A DNA stretch of 61,858 nucleotides, the filler included, from Aduncisulcus paluster (Eukaryota), in the NCBI GenBank assembly GCA_024181965.1. It is 5 parts of 5 records of this genome, joined end to end, with 100 filler letters (N's around TTAATTAATTAA, not from the genome) between each part and the next. Parts side by side here need not be neighbours in the genome. Positions count along the whole stretch, not along the records: positions 6,754 to 14,977 come from BQXS01011245.1; positions 15,078 to 40,222 come from BQXS01011246.1; 3 more parts are not named here. The stretch is one strand, 5' to 3'. The notes below the pieces were generated by a model. It ran no database searches, was not told the DNA's origin, and worked only from the letters and a program-made list of their open reading frames with translations. The position numbers and the translations under genes were made by a program. How positions within the stretch are numbered: position 1 is the stretch's first letter; every line of letters starts with the position of its first letter. Below are positions 9,365 to 20,594 of this stretch, in pieces.

Positions 9365-11087
9365 ATGAGATTTGATCATTCCATATTCGGGATATTTTTA
9401 CTATTATGTGTCCTTGTGGTATTTTGTGAAGAATCACAACCCCCCTCTATTATCTTACTTATTGGAGATGGTATGGGTCCAAATATTATTAAAATTGCTT
9501 CACATGTTAAATATGGAGATGAAACTTCAAGTGAATTATTGAATTTACCATATAAAACCCTGGAAGTCGGTACAGTCGCTGCTGGAGATACTGTAACTGA
9601 TTCTGCCGCAAGTGGAACTTGTATTGCGAGTGGTCAGCGCACCTATATTGGTCAGCTTGGTATTAATACTGCAGGTGATAGAGTTACCACGATTTTCGAT
9701 TTGTATCAAGAAAAAGGATATGCTGTTGGTCTTGTTTCCACCAAAAATCTTGATGATGCAACTCCTGCTGCCTTTACTGTACATTGTGTATCTCGTCATG
9801 ATGTAGATTGTGTTTCTGCCGGATTATATACTTCTGGCGCTGATCTATTGCTTGGTGGTGGACTTAACGCCATGTCTCCATACGTTTCATCAATGATTGT
9901 TGATAAAGAGTATATGTATGTTAATAGCAAGAGTGAATTGGAGGCCCTTGGTGAGTTTAGTCCAGGTGATAAACTTTTTGGTCTGTTTGCCGGAGGGACT
10001 CTGTCATTTGATGTTGATTACACGAGTTCATCCGATCAACCTCGTCTTTTGGACATGACAAAATCCGCTTTGTCTTTTTTTGAAGCCCAGAACAAGCCCT
10101 TCTTCCTGATGATAGAAAGTGGAAAGATTGACTCTGCTGGTCATGCCAATGATATTTACAGCGAAGTCCCCGAGATGATCCATTTCGAATCTGTTGTGAA
10201 ATACGTCAGAGACTGGCTTGAAGAGGATGGAAAAGACAGGCTCAGCAGCCATTTGATGTTGGTCACTGCCGACCATGAATGTGGTGATCTCACCTATTCA
10301 GACCTCTCCGCAATGGATTCTTTACCAATCATTGACGATGAGCTTGCCGATGAAAGTAATTTCGATGATGTTCAGGCACAGATCAAGGCACGTGTTAAAG
10401 CTGCCGAAAGTGCCATTTCATACAATTCCGGTGGTCATACCGCACGTACTGTGTTGCTTGGATGTCTTGGAGGCGGTTCAGATGAGTGTCCCTACTCTAC
10501 ACATCACATGGATACTTTCTCTACAATGCGCCTCGTTATCGATGGAGAAGAAGGTCCCGTCGATCCATCCCCTGTGCCTGACAAGTCTATCAGTAATGTT
10601 CTGCTCGGACTCTATNNNNNNNNNNNNNNNNNNNNCAATGGATTCTTTACCAATCATTGACGATGAGCTTGCCGATGAAAGTAATTTCGATGATGTTCAG
10701 GCACAGATCAAGGCACGTGTTAAAGCTGCCGAAAGTGCCATTTCATACAATTCCGGTGGTCATACCGCACGTACTGTGTTGCTTGGATGTCTTGGAGTCG
10801 GTTCAGATGAGTGTCCCTACTCTACACATCACATGGATACTTTCTCTACAATGCGCCTCGTTATCGATGGAGAAGAAGGTCCCGTCGATCCATCCCCTGT
10901 GCCTGACAAGTCTATCAGTAATGTTCTGCTCGGACTCTATGCTGGTGCCGTCTTTGGTGTCATTGGTGTCACAATTATCGGAATATTATCATGTATTGGC
11001 TGTGCACGTCGTAAGAAGGGAACTAGGATTGTTGAGGGTGTGCCAACAACTAATAATTTGGTGGGAAATGATCAGGAAATTATCTAA
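9365..11087 (+). CDS. Alkaline phosphatase (PhoA family) with signal peptide and C-terminal TM; about 465 aa after collapsing the gap duplication
   Basis: IGDGMG, catalytic TDSAASGT, ATPAAF, ESGKIDSAGHAND, TADHECG, GHT. 10311..10615 is repeated at 10636..10940 across a 20-N gap; collapsing it restores a single frame. Confidence 0.92.
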
Positions 11088-11456
11088 TGTCATACGTCAA
11101 TTGTTTTTTGTGATTGATGATTGTCTTTGCTTTTATTCTTATTAATATTTATGATATCTCGCTATTTTCTCGCTTGAAAGTTCTTCACTCCATAACACTA
11201 CTTAATCTTACTGAGTTTATGAGTGAATTCTTTCCCATTTTACGCCTTTTTTGCCTTTTCTTGTTTTCCGAATAAAATTTTGATTTTTTGGAATTTTTTA
11301 ATTGATATTTTTTCCTTTTCGACAATGACAGAATCAAATAATATGAAATATTTTTATAATGAGTGCTATTACTAATTTTGAAACGTCGTTTCAGAAACGA
11401 ATCGGGATTTTGGTGAATAACCAAGTTGTTTAGAAACCTAAATTGGTAATATTCAC

Positions 11457-13163
11457 ATGACAGGTAAAGTTAATTCTGCTTTCAAAGTGTATTGGAAGAT
11501 GTGGAAAGGTTTAATTGCCCCTCCAGAAAAAAGGAGAAATAACCAAGAAATCGATGGCATTCGGGCAGTACTTTTCATTTTAGTGATTATTATTCACCTG
11601 AAAATGTTGATTGGATACCCCATTAGCTTTCCTGAAAGGGCAGAAAAGATAAATAGAGTCACTAATTCTTCTATCCCCATGCTCGGCGGTCATCCAGCCC
11701 TGGCTCATTGGACTGTTGATGTTTTCTTTTTCATTTCAGGTATATTTGGATCCCGTTCCTATTGGCTTGATGATTCAGAACTGACAGTTCGATCTGTTTT
11801 GCTCAGAATGTTTAAGAGGCTTACTAGGTTGTTACCAGGTGTTATATTTGCTTTGACTGATAGTTATTTTAGTGATTATTTCTTTCATACTATTCCAGAA
11901 GCCTCAAGTATGGGTTCTGGTCCAATTATGGCCTTTTTCCTGAGTTGTTTCTTTAACTGGAACCACATGATGTCAGCTCATCTGTGGACCTGTAGTGCTG
12001 AAGTATTTTTTGTTCCGGGCGTCATGTTATTCGTTTCCATTGTGAAAAAGCTTAAGATCCTTGGATACCGTGTGCGTAGAATGTTTTTACCTATTCTATC
12101 CATTCTTGTTGTCACTCTCCTCGTAATCTTCTCATCAGTTATGTATAGTCTGGGTATTCTGGATAAATTTCCTATTGAACAGACAATGCATAAGCTTTTT
12201 GCTTTCCAGTCCCAATATTCTTGGCCAGCCGTTCGTATCTTCATTCATCTCCTGGGAATATGGTGTGGAATCTATGTATTCGAGAGAAACAGTGAAATTA
12301 AACGTCTTGAATCGACTTCTATTTCTTGTGAAACCTCGGCCACTCCTACCGCTGATGTAAACAAACCCAAGACGAAGAGGAAGCAAATCCTCCCTCGTAT
12401 TATCGTTGATATTATTATATATCTTTGCGTCCGAGCCCTCTTTATGATGTACACTCATTGTGGAGACCATCTTAATCTCTCATACTCTCCATTGACTCGT
12501 CTGTACTTCATCCTCAAAACAAGGGCTATTGGTTCCCTGCCGATATGTGTCATTGTCTTCTTGTTCTATTCTGGCCAGAAAGGATTGATTACATCGTTTA
12601 TTTTATCCATTCCTGGTCTCCCATTCCTTGGCAGGCTCTCGTTCAACGTCTATATTGTCCATTTGTCTGTCCTTAGACTCTTGGGACGTTTTGTCGGCTC
12701 TGGAGAGTGGATCTTTGTGAGAATTGATTCATTGATTGGATTTATTGCCCGTATCTTCTCCCAATGTTGGAATTTTGTTGTTCCCCTCAATATGCAACCC
12801 ACAATTGCTCTATATGCTTCCAAACTGTGGTCTGTGATCCTCAAAATCTTACGTTTACCTCACGTTTCTTCCTTGGTTGACATGGAAGCCTTCCACGATG
12901 CATTGATTGTGTATTTAACTGTTGTGTTATGTTGTGTTGGTTTTGCCTTACTTGAGTTTGCTGTTGAAGCTATCTTGCATTTGTTCTGTGGTAGTCTGTA
13001 TAAATCCATGGAAAAGAAAGTTCTTAACCCTGAAGCAGAGCGTAAGAAAGGTAAGATGTCTGCACGTACTTTGTTGCTTATTATTGTCTCCATCAACGTT
13101 CTGTTGTCATGTTTTATGGTTTATTATTCACATGGAAGGGATGTCAGACTGGCGAACAAGTAA
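11457..13163 (+). CDS. Acyltransferase-3 family multi-pass membrane O-acyltransferase
   Basis: IDGIRAV, VDVFFFISG, KRLTRLLP, HLWTCSAE and FLGRLSFNVYIVH motifs; many hydrophobic segments. Confidence 0.88.
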   Translation: MTGKVNSAFKVYWKMWKGLIAPPEKRRNNQEIDGIRAVLFILVIIIHLKMLIGYPISFPERAEKINRVTNSSIPMLGGHPALAHWTVDVFFFISGIFGSRSYWLDDSELTVRSVLLRMFKRLTRLLPGVIFALTDSYFSDYFFHTIPEASSMGSGPIMAFFLSCFFNWNHMMSAHLWTCSAEVFFVPGVMLFVSIVKKLKILGYRVRRMFLPILSILVVTLLVIFSSVMYSLGILDKFPIEQTMHKLFAFQSQYSWPAVRIFIHLLGIWCGIYVFERNSEIKRLESTSISCETSATPTADVNKPKTKRKQILPRIIVDIIIYLCVRALFMMYTHCGDHLNLSYSPLTRLYFILKTRAIGSLPICVIVFLFYSGQKGLITSFILSIPGLPFLGRLSFNVYIVHLSVLRLLGRFVGSGEWIFVRIDSLIGFIARIFSQCWNFVVPLNMQPTIALYASKLWSVILKILRLPHVSSLVDMEAFHDALIVYLTVVLCCVGFALLEFAVEAILHLFCGSLYKSMEKKVLNPEAERKKGKMSARTLLLIIVSINVLLSCFMVYYSHGRDVRLANK

Positions 13164-13921
13164 GGAATCAGGGCTTATGATATTGATGTTTGCTGAGGTT
13201 CAAACATTTTATTGTTTGTTATGTTATTGTTTACAAATACAAATTCTTTTCCTTCTGTTCCACGATGCATTGATTGTGTATTTAACTGTTGTGTTATGTT
13301 GTGTTGGTTTTGCCTTACTTGAGTTTGCTGTTGAAGCTATCTTGCATTTGTTCTGTGGTAGTCTGTATAAATCCATGGAAAAGAAAGTTCTTAACCCTGA
13401 AGCAGAGCGTAAGAAAGGTAAGATGTCTGCACGTACTTTGTTGCTTATTATTGTCTCCATCAACGTTCTGTTGTCATGTTTTATGGTTTATTATTCACAT
13501 GGAAGGGATGTCAGACTGGCGAACAAGTAAGGAATCAGGGCTTATGATATTGATGTTTGCTGAGGTTCAAACATTTTATTGTTTGTTGTGTTATGTTGTG
13601 TTGGTTTTGCCTTACTTGAGTTTGCTGTTGAAGCTATCTTGCATTTGTTCTGTGGTAGTCTGTATAAATCCATGGAAAAGAAAGTTCTTAACCCTGAAGC
13701 AGAGCGTAAGAAAGGTAAGATGTCTGCACGTACTTTGTTGCTTATTATTGTCTCCATCAACGTTCTGTTGTCATGTTTTATGGTTTATTATTCACATGGA
13801 AGGGATGTCAGACTGGCGAACAAGTAAGGAATCAGGGCTTATGATATTGATGTTTGCTGAGGTTCAAACATTTTATTGTTTGTTATGTTATTGTTTACAA
13901 ATACAAATTCTTTTCCTTCTG
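12891..13921 (+). repeat. Tandem triplication of the acyltransferase 3' end and 3' flank (periods 367 and 297 bp)
   Basis: The ...GRDVRLANK-stop block ends at 13163, 13530 and 13827. Copies look identical and there is no N gap. Confidence 0.92.
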
Positions 13922-14500
13922 AACTTTTATTTTTTTTTACTATTTTCTGATTTTATTATTAATTAATTATTTCTCTCTCTTTCTTAGTTGTTGACAGAGC
14001 TTTTCTCGGTTTATTTATAATTCTTCTCCGAGAAACAAAACAACAACAATATTATATTTATGTTTTCTATTAGAACTCCTGATGTCTTTCAAAAATGATA
14101 ATCCTATTTATTTGAAGGTTGAGTCCTGTTTGTTTTATCTTTATTTCAAACTCTCCCAACCTGACGCTTCGTTTATCCATAAATTTTTTCCCTGTTAAAT
14201 CCTGGTTTATCTTTTTTAAAACTCCTTACATCGGGCTAGTTCTCCGCTTCTCCCCCCTTTCCTCTCCTTTTTGCTTAACTTTACTTCCTCCGAAAATAAA
14301 TCCGTGTTTCTCTCGTTGAGATCTCATTTTGGATTGTGTCAAAAATTGTTGTTTGCAGGATGTTGATATTCTGAGTGAACCATTCCCGAATTCGTAATGT
14401 ATTTGTGATGTGAGTCTTGCCATAACCATGTGAACCCTCATCCGCGAAGGTTTTCTCGATGTGCGCAATTATGATATGTTCAGTGTGAAATTTGAGGCGT

Positions 14501-14574
14501 GCCTTCGTAGCTCAGTTGGTTAGAGCACCCGGCTGTTAACCGGTAGGTCGTAGGTTCGAGTCCTACCGATGGCG
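14501..14574 (+). tRNA. tRNA-Asn(GTT)
   Basis: Cloverleaf: acceptor GCCTTCG/CGATGGC (one T-T mismatch), D-arm GCTC/GAGC, anticodon loop CTGTTAA, T-arm GTAGG-TTCGAGT-CCTAC, discriminator G, followed by TTTT. Confidence 0.96.
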
Positions 14575-15077
14575 CTTTTCAGTCTTTCTTTCTTGATGCA
14601 GCGTTTCGCTCACACACTGATAAATGATGAAGATAGGAGATAGATAATCATATCGTTGAAGAGAATACAGATTGCTGTGGTCCATTATCAACAGTTTTAT
14701 AAAGTTTATTATTTTGATTTGTTCGATCTTGAAACTGGAGAAATTTGGTCTCCTACCATGATATCATATCATTGATATGAGTCCCATTATTCTTCAGTAT
14801 CATCATTCGAGAGGGATTCCGGCGAGATCTTCAACCTTCCAATCTGCAGCCCTCACGACATGCCCAACACTCACAGCTCGTGGACGGACACACCCATATG
14901 CATCTCCTTGCAAGGGCTGTAGACTCACACTATAATCAACATCATGCGAATGAACACCTTCCAGAAGGAATAAAGCCNNNNNNNNNNNNNNNNNNNNNNN
15001 NNNNNNNNNNNNNNNNNNNNNTTAATTAATTAANNNNNNNNNNNNNNNNNNNNNNNNNNNNNNNNNNNNNNNNNNNN

Positions 15078-17005
15078 GATATAAATAGATTCCATGTCTT
15101 ATGGGAAGAGGCAGATTTCTGGAAATATGGGTCATACAGGAAAGACAAAGTATGGATCCAATCGTCGTTACAGAAATCGGCCAATGTATTATTTTGAGCA
15201 TATAAATGGAGACCAAACTCATAATCGGCATCGGGAAGAGAGAAATACCATAAAATATCCTCAATTTTGAGTTTACAAAGCTCTGATAGTTGTTTAATCC
15301 TATAATCAAGGAGATATTTGGGAAGAGAGAGTTTAGTGAGTGAAAATACAGGGTGAGAACGGTGAAAATCGTCAGAGATAAATGATTTAACCTGCCTTCT
15401 CTTCCATTTTGACGGGACGGGAGACAGAGCAGTTGAGAGAAGAGGAGAATCAGAATATTGCAATAACATCATTGTTTCTTCATATTCTTTCTCTGCTTTT
15501 TCTTCTGGAACACCCTGTCTTTTCACTGAGAACTCAAAGGGATTGATCAGTGAAGAATATCTATCCCAAACAGAATGGCTCCGTAAACTGATACATAACT
15601 TCCACAAATATTCATTCTGAACAACTAAACTAAGGTGTTGAGTGAGGATTGCATTCAGAATTGCAGCATTTGTGTAATCCTGACTTGTTTCATGAAGGAC
15701 TTCTTGGGACAATTCCCCTATTTCAGATTTCACATGGGAACACAAGACAAACTTGGTCCATTTCCATGGTTGTTTTATGATAGTGAGCACAAAATAGAGA
15801 ACTGATATGCGATAATTTGTCGGGAGACTTGAAATGTTCGAAAGAAGAGCATAAAGATATCGCTGGAGAGGGATGTGCCAGATTCGTTCACTCAGATCCC
15901 TCAAAAGATCGAATACTTGGCATACATTGGCTTGTATTTGATCAAGGGAAGAAGGAAACCAAAGAGAGAGGGCAGATACAAGCTCCATCACTGGATCTAT
16001 CGAGAGGTCATGGATACACAGAGTCCAGTCAATTGGAGGGACAAGATGCAATAATTGACGGGCATTAGCTTGGATAATTGTGGCAGAACTAGAGAGAATA
16101 GAAGAGTGGAATTGAGTGGAAAATTCATTGCCCAGAGAAAATGTAGAGGAGAGATACAGGTGGATTTCAGAAACAATCTTGGATGATAATGTCGTTTCTT
16201 TGGCAGATAATATCAAAGCCTCGCAAATAATTTGGATAAGAACAACACAAAGGGGGGATCGTTGATCAATGGGGAGAGTTGGACAACAATCTTCAATAGA
16301 AACACTCTTAGGGGACAAATCTCCACCATATCGATATAAAAGTGCAAGGTAAAAATGAAAAATTAAAAATTTAACGGTTTCTGTATCGTTTTTTAATAAG
16401 AAACGACATAACAACTCTGAGAGCTCTTGGTCCTCAAAAAAGGGAAACATGGAATTGTAAAATAAATCGATGGATACATAATCAAGATTTAAACCTGAAT
16501 TAGATGGGATTTTAATGGATTTGAGGATGAATTTTGATAATTCCATACTTCCACCAGAAACAACGGGGGAGAATCTATTTCTACATTTAATAAGTTCATT
16601 GGTTTCATTATGAAAGCATTTGCCTCTTTTCCCGCCATTTGAATTTGAAAAAAGTTCGAGGATAATCTTCTTCCAGGAATCATCTAATGTCATTTCTAAT
16701 TGATTCAAAGAATATGAAATAGAAAATAAAACGCTCTCAATAATACCAATATTGAGAACAGAAAGTTCAGTGAACGATTCTTCCAGTTGATCTAGTTCCG
16801 AATATAATGTGAGAAGGGAGGAAATCCTTGAATTCATTCCTTTTTGGGAAGGTTGATCCAAGGAATATTCAATTAATTCCCTTGAAGATTTAAAAATGGG
16901 TTCTTCTATCCCGATAATAGGTTTTTGGATGGGAGCAGAGAAAAAAAGTAAGTCATCATAAAAAAGTTTGGAAAAATCCATTATTTCATGGCTACTTAAA
17001 TTCAT
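15078..17005 (-). CDS. Leu/Ser-rich, probably alpha-helical protein of unknown function; 3'-truncated by the linker
   Basis: About 640 stop-free codons from ATG 17005 to the gap. No motif recognised. Confidence 0.75.
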
Positions 17006-17233
17006 TACTTATTACTTTTGCTTGATTTCGTCTGGCAAATTCAGTAGTGATCAAAAAAGTGTTTCTCGCTACAAAAGGGAAAGGAAAAAAAATCCTTTAT
17101 TCGGAAATAAGAAATAGAATCATTCAACGGGCTTCAAAATCCAAGAAAGAGAATGAGACAATTTAATTCATTGAAAAAAATAAATAAAGAGTTGGGAAAA
17201 TGAGTGAAAATGTGGTTGGGGAAATGGAAGGAA

Positions 17234-17920
17234 TTATTTCTTCCCGGTTCCCTTTGATGATTTCTTTTTGGAAATCTTTTTCTTTCTTTTCTTCTGAGGT
17301 ACCCGGACGAGGTCAGGAAATTCGGCATCAACATCCTTCTCAATGACTGGGGGATGAACTTTCTTCTCCTTTCTTCTCACCTTCCGGATAATAACTTTTG
17401 TGGATTCTTTGGGGATTTCCTCCGATATTTGATCTGAATCTTCATTTGATTGTCCAAGAGGAACTGGATCATTATGAGAGTGAGAGGCTGACGTCTCGTC
17501 CCCAACCATCCTTGATTCCAGAGGTTTGGGTGAAGAAAGAACAAAATTAGAACTATCGGTGGAAAATGACCGCTTGGCGGAACTAACAATCTCAGGAATC
17601 GATTTTGTGAGAGATTTGATTCTCTTGATACGAGAAAACTTCAGGATAATAAGAATTGCAAGAAGAATTACAGTTACAGCCAAAAAAATGGTGATGGATA
17701 CAATAGTGTAGAATAAAACTGGAGAAAAAACAGAAACTTCTTTCTCACAAGAACTTCCCGTAAACGGCTCTGTACACAGACAACTAACACCTCCACTTGC
17801 AGTCGTAACGCAAGTCCCATTATTGGAACATTGTGAATCGGCCCCAAGAGTACAAACGTTATCACAATTCACTAGAGCCAGCCAGGAAAAAATAATACCG
17901 AGATATAATTGGTATTTCAT
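17234..17920 (-). CDS. Type I membrane protein with a single EGF-like domain
   Basis: Signal peptide, six-Cys EGF (CTLGADSQCSNNGTCVTTASGGVSCLCTEPFTGSSC), TM helix, Lys-rich cytoplasmic tail. Confidence 0.88.
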   Translation of the reverse strand: MKYQLYLGIIFSWLALVNCDNVCTLGADSQCSNNGTCVTTASGGVSCLCTEPFTGSSCEKEVSVFSPVLFYTIVSITIFLAVTVILLAILIILKFSRIKRIKSLTKSIPEIVSSAKRSFSTDSSNFVLSSPKPLESRMVGDETSASHSHNDPVPLGQSNEDSDQISEEIPKESTKVIIRKVRRKEKKVHPPVIEKDVDAEFPDLVRVPQKKRKKKISKKKSSKGTGKK

Positions 17921-18602
17921 AGGGCTAAAATTATAATTGTTAAAAAAATTTGTTTATAATGAAATTTAAAATGTTTATCGAGGAGAAAAATATAGTTTTT
18001 CGTTATTATTGTTCTGGAAAATATTTGGGACTTCTGTGTTGGGAAAATGGGTTATAATGATTCTTATTCTTATATTTTTTATTTCTTTATTCTTCAAAAG
18101 TTGCTCCAACTGGTCGAATTGATAATGGCAACAAGATAAGGTGATTTTACCTATATAATGATCAGAATTATTATGATGTCATTTTTTTATTGGTAAAATT
18201 TGGAAAGTTAACCCTTTTCACTCCTTATGTGGGGATTTGTGGTGACANNNNNNNNNNNNNNNNNNNNATATAGTTTTTCGTTATTATTGTTCTGGAAAAT
18301 ATTTGGGACTTCTGTGTTGGGAAAATGGGTTATAATGATTCTTATTCTTATATTTTTTATTTCTTTATTCTTCAAAAGTTGCTCCAACTGGTCGAATTGA
18401 TAATGGCAACAAGATAAGGTGATTTTACCTATATAATGATCAGAATTATTATGATGTCATTTTTTTATTGGTAAAATTTGGAAAGTTAACCCTTTTCACT
18501 CCTTATGTGGGGATTTGTGGTGACAAAAAAATCGTGTCCATCACAAATCAAAATCAACACTTTTGTTTAACTTCTTTTGTTTCGGTTCATTTCCTTGCCA
18601 AA

Positions 18603-18989
18603 ATGGAAACAATCACAGTTGAAAACCCAACCTTATATGATAAAGCCGTTGAAGATGCTTCAAAAAAATACAAAGTTGTTTTCGTTCTTATCACTGGAGA
18701 AGTTGATAAGGCTACCGGTGAATCTTGGTGTCCTTCATGTCGAGTAGCTGCTCCAATCCTCAAAAAGCTTTTACCTACAGTTCCTGACAGTGTTCTTTTA
18801 TATTGTCCCGTTGTAAAATCTGAGTATCGTGGAAACCCTTCTTATCCTTACAGAAAGAAGCCTGGAGTTGACGGAGGAGTTCCTACTCTTCATTGGATTA
18901 ATGCTCCCTCTCCCATGCCTCCTCTCGGGCAGTGTGCTCAGGAAGATTATGTTGCCATGTGGCTTGAAATGGTTAAAGAGCAACTCTAA
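18603..18989 (+). CDS. TXNDC17: Thioredoxin domain-containing protein 17 (TRP14/DUF953)-like
   Basis: TGESWCPSCRVAAP, YRGNPSYPYR, VPTL; 128 aa from ATG 18603. Confidence 0.85.
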   Translation: METITVENPTLYDKAVEDASKKYKVVFVLITGEVDKATGESWCPSCRVAAPILKKLLPTVPDSVLLYCPVVKSEYRGNPSYPYRKKPGVDGGVPTLHWINAPSPMPPLGQCAQEDYVAMWLEMVKEQL

Positions 18990-19100
18990 TCATAAATGTT
19001 TAATTGTGTTAATGATATGTCATCCTTATTTTGTTTGATTTTTTGATCTGTGTGTTGTAATTGCAGAAATAAATTCCTTGTTCGTTATGCTTCTTTATTT

Positions 19101-19574
19101 TTATAATTTCTTAAAATATTCTATTATCCCTGCACATCCATCTTCGCATTGATCTAAAACCTTTTCAAAACCTTTGGATCCGCCATAATATGGATCACTT
19201 ACATCTCCAGAATATTTGCTACTGAATTCAAGGAACATTTTAACCTCAGCGCGACATTTTTTTGGCTTTTTATACATTAACGATCTGTAATGTGATCTAT
19301 CCATTGCCAAAATAAGGTCAAAATCAGAAAAATCGCTGAGTTTACATTTTCTAGCTCTTAATGGGGTCAAATCATATCCCCTTTTACGAGCATGCTCTAT
19401 TGAACGATCATCTGGTTCATCACCTGAGTGATAATTCTCAATTCCTGCTGAATCCACCTCTAGAGAAGAAGTAAGACGGTTTTCTTTGATTAAGTGACGA
19501 AGAATTGCATCTGCTGTTGGAGAACGGCAAATGTTACCAGTACAAACCATTAATACACGAAATTTACCTGTCAT
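19101..19574 (-). CDS. Low-molecular-weight protein tyrosine phosphatase
   Basis: P-loop VCTGNICRS, VDSAG, FDLILAMD, DPYYGG. ATG at 19574. Confidence 0.94.
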   Translation of the reverse strand: MTGKFRVLMVCTGNICRSPTADAILRHLIKENRLTSSLEVDSAGIENYHSGDEPDDRSIEHARKRGYDLTPLRARKCKLSDFSDFDLILAMDRSHYRSLMYKKPKKCRAEVKMFLEFSSKYSGDVSDPYYGGSKGFEKVLDQCEDGCAGIIEYFKKL

Positions 19575-20493
19575 TAGCTTGACCCCTTCCAAAAACTAGG
19601 TGAATAATGATTCATCTTTTTCGAGAGAGTCTGGCTGCATATCACCATCCATGAAAACGTTGTTTTACTTTATAATGATATGAAAATCCAAAGATAATAA
19701 AAGATATCCATCAAAGTTGGAATTTTATTCCATTCAGCCTGTCAATGAGAAATACATCCTTCCCTCATCAAGATATTTTGATTTTATATTCATTTTATAT
19801 AATATAATTCATGTGAAGATGGAAAATAATTCACTTAGGCAAGAACTCGAAATTGGAAAAAAAAAAACGTTAAAAAAAAAATTAGAAAATATGTATACTT
19901 TTTTTGTTTAGATGTAACTCTCACGCAAGAGTACTGAAAAATATAATCACTTTTTCACAAAAATATGTTCAAACGAAATGTATCTATTCATCATAGCTAC
20001 AGAAGACGCTGAACATCGACAGTGGAAAAAATATAAATGACAACAAAAAACGATCTATTAATGTTTAAAAAATAAAAGAGAGGGGGAATAAAAGATTGAT
20101 TTTGTAACAACTTCATGAAAAAGCAGATTTTGATTGGTTCGGCAAGACAACATAACAGCACGAAGGGTAAACCGAGACAAAACTTTGCAATTCCCTGCAC
20201 AGGATTAAGATAAAATAATAACAAGTCAAACGACAAAGTATCTATATCTTTAAATAATAATGTTCAGAAGCAATCAGAGAAGAAATCTCAGTCTTTGAAG
20301 AATATTCTTTTACAACGAGAACTGGACTGTTCTGTTCCATAAGTCAGGCTTTAAGAGACAAGGAGAGAAGAAGAGGAGAATAGAATATTGTGGGAATACA
20401 TGGAATATATTGCAAAATATTAAATTAAAATAGTGAGGGGGGGGTAAAGAAAAAGGAAACGAAACCATAAATAACAACCAATCCATGAGACTC

Positions 20494-20594
<101 letters not shown>

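Noticed and set aside
12922..13966. Cys/Leu-rich ORFs of 202 and 225 aa with internal repeats
   Set aside because: They are off-frame readings across the triplicated acyltransferase 3' end.
14340..14470. U4 snRNA-like words on the minus strand, divergent from tRNA-Asn (TTGCGCA, ATGAGG, Sm-like CAATTTTTGACA)
   Set aside because: The U6-pairing stem I sequence (TGCTAAT-like) and a proper kink-turn hairpin are absent. It would need an Infernal hit to be credible.
14277..14498. ATG-less minus-strand frame (..IAHIEKTFADEGSHGYGKTHITNTLRIREWF..) loosely like a retrotransposon integrase zinc-binding segment beside a tRNA
   Set aside because: No Cys pair, DDE core, LTR or start codon. The similarity is too weak.
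19596..19598. Stop-codon reassignment (TAR=Gln as in hexamitids, or TGA recoding) to explain the in-frame stops
   Set aside because: Well-identified genes end at their expected positions with TAA (MSH6, M6PR-like), TAG (Sec22) and TGA (kinesin, DOCK), and the long ORFs have no internal stops.
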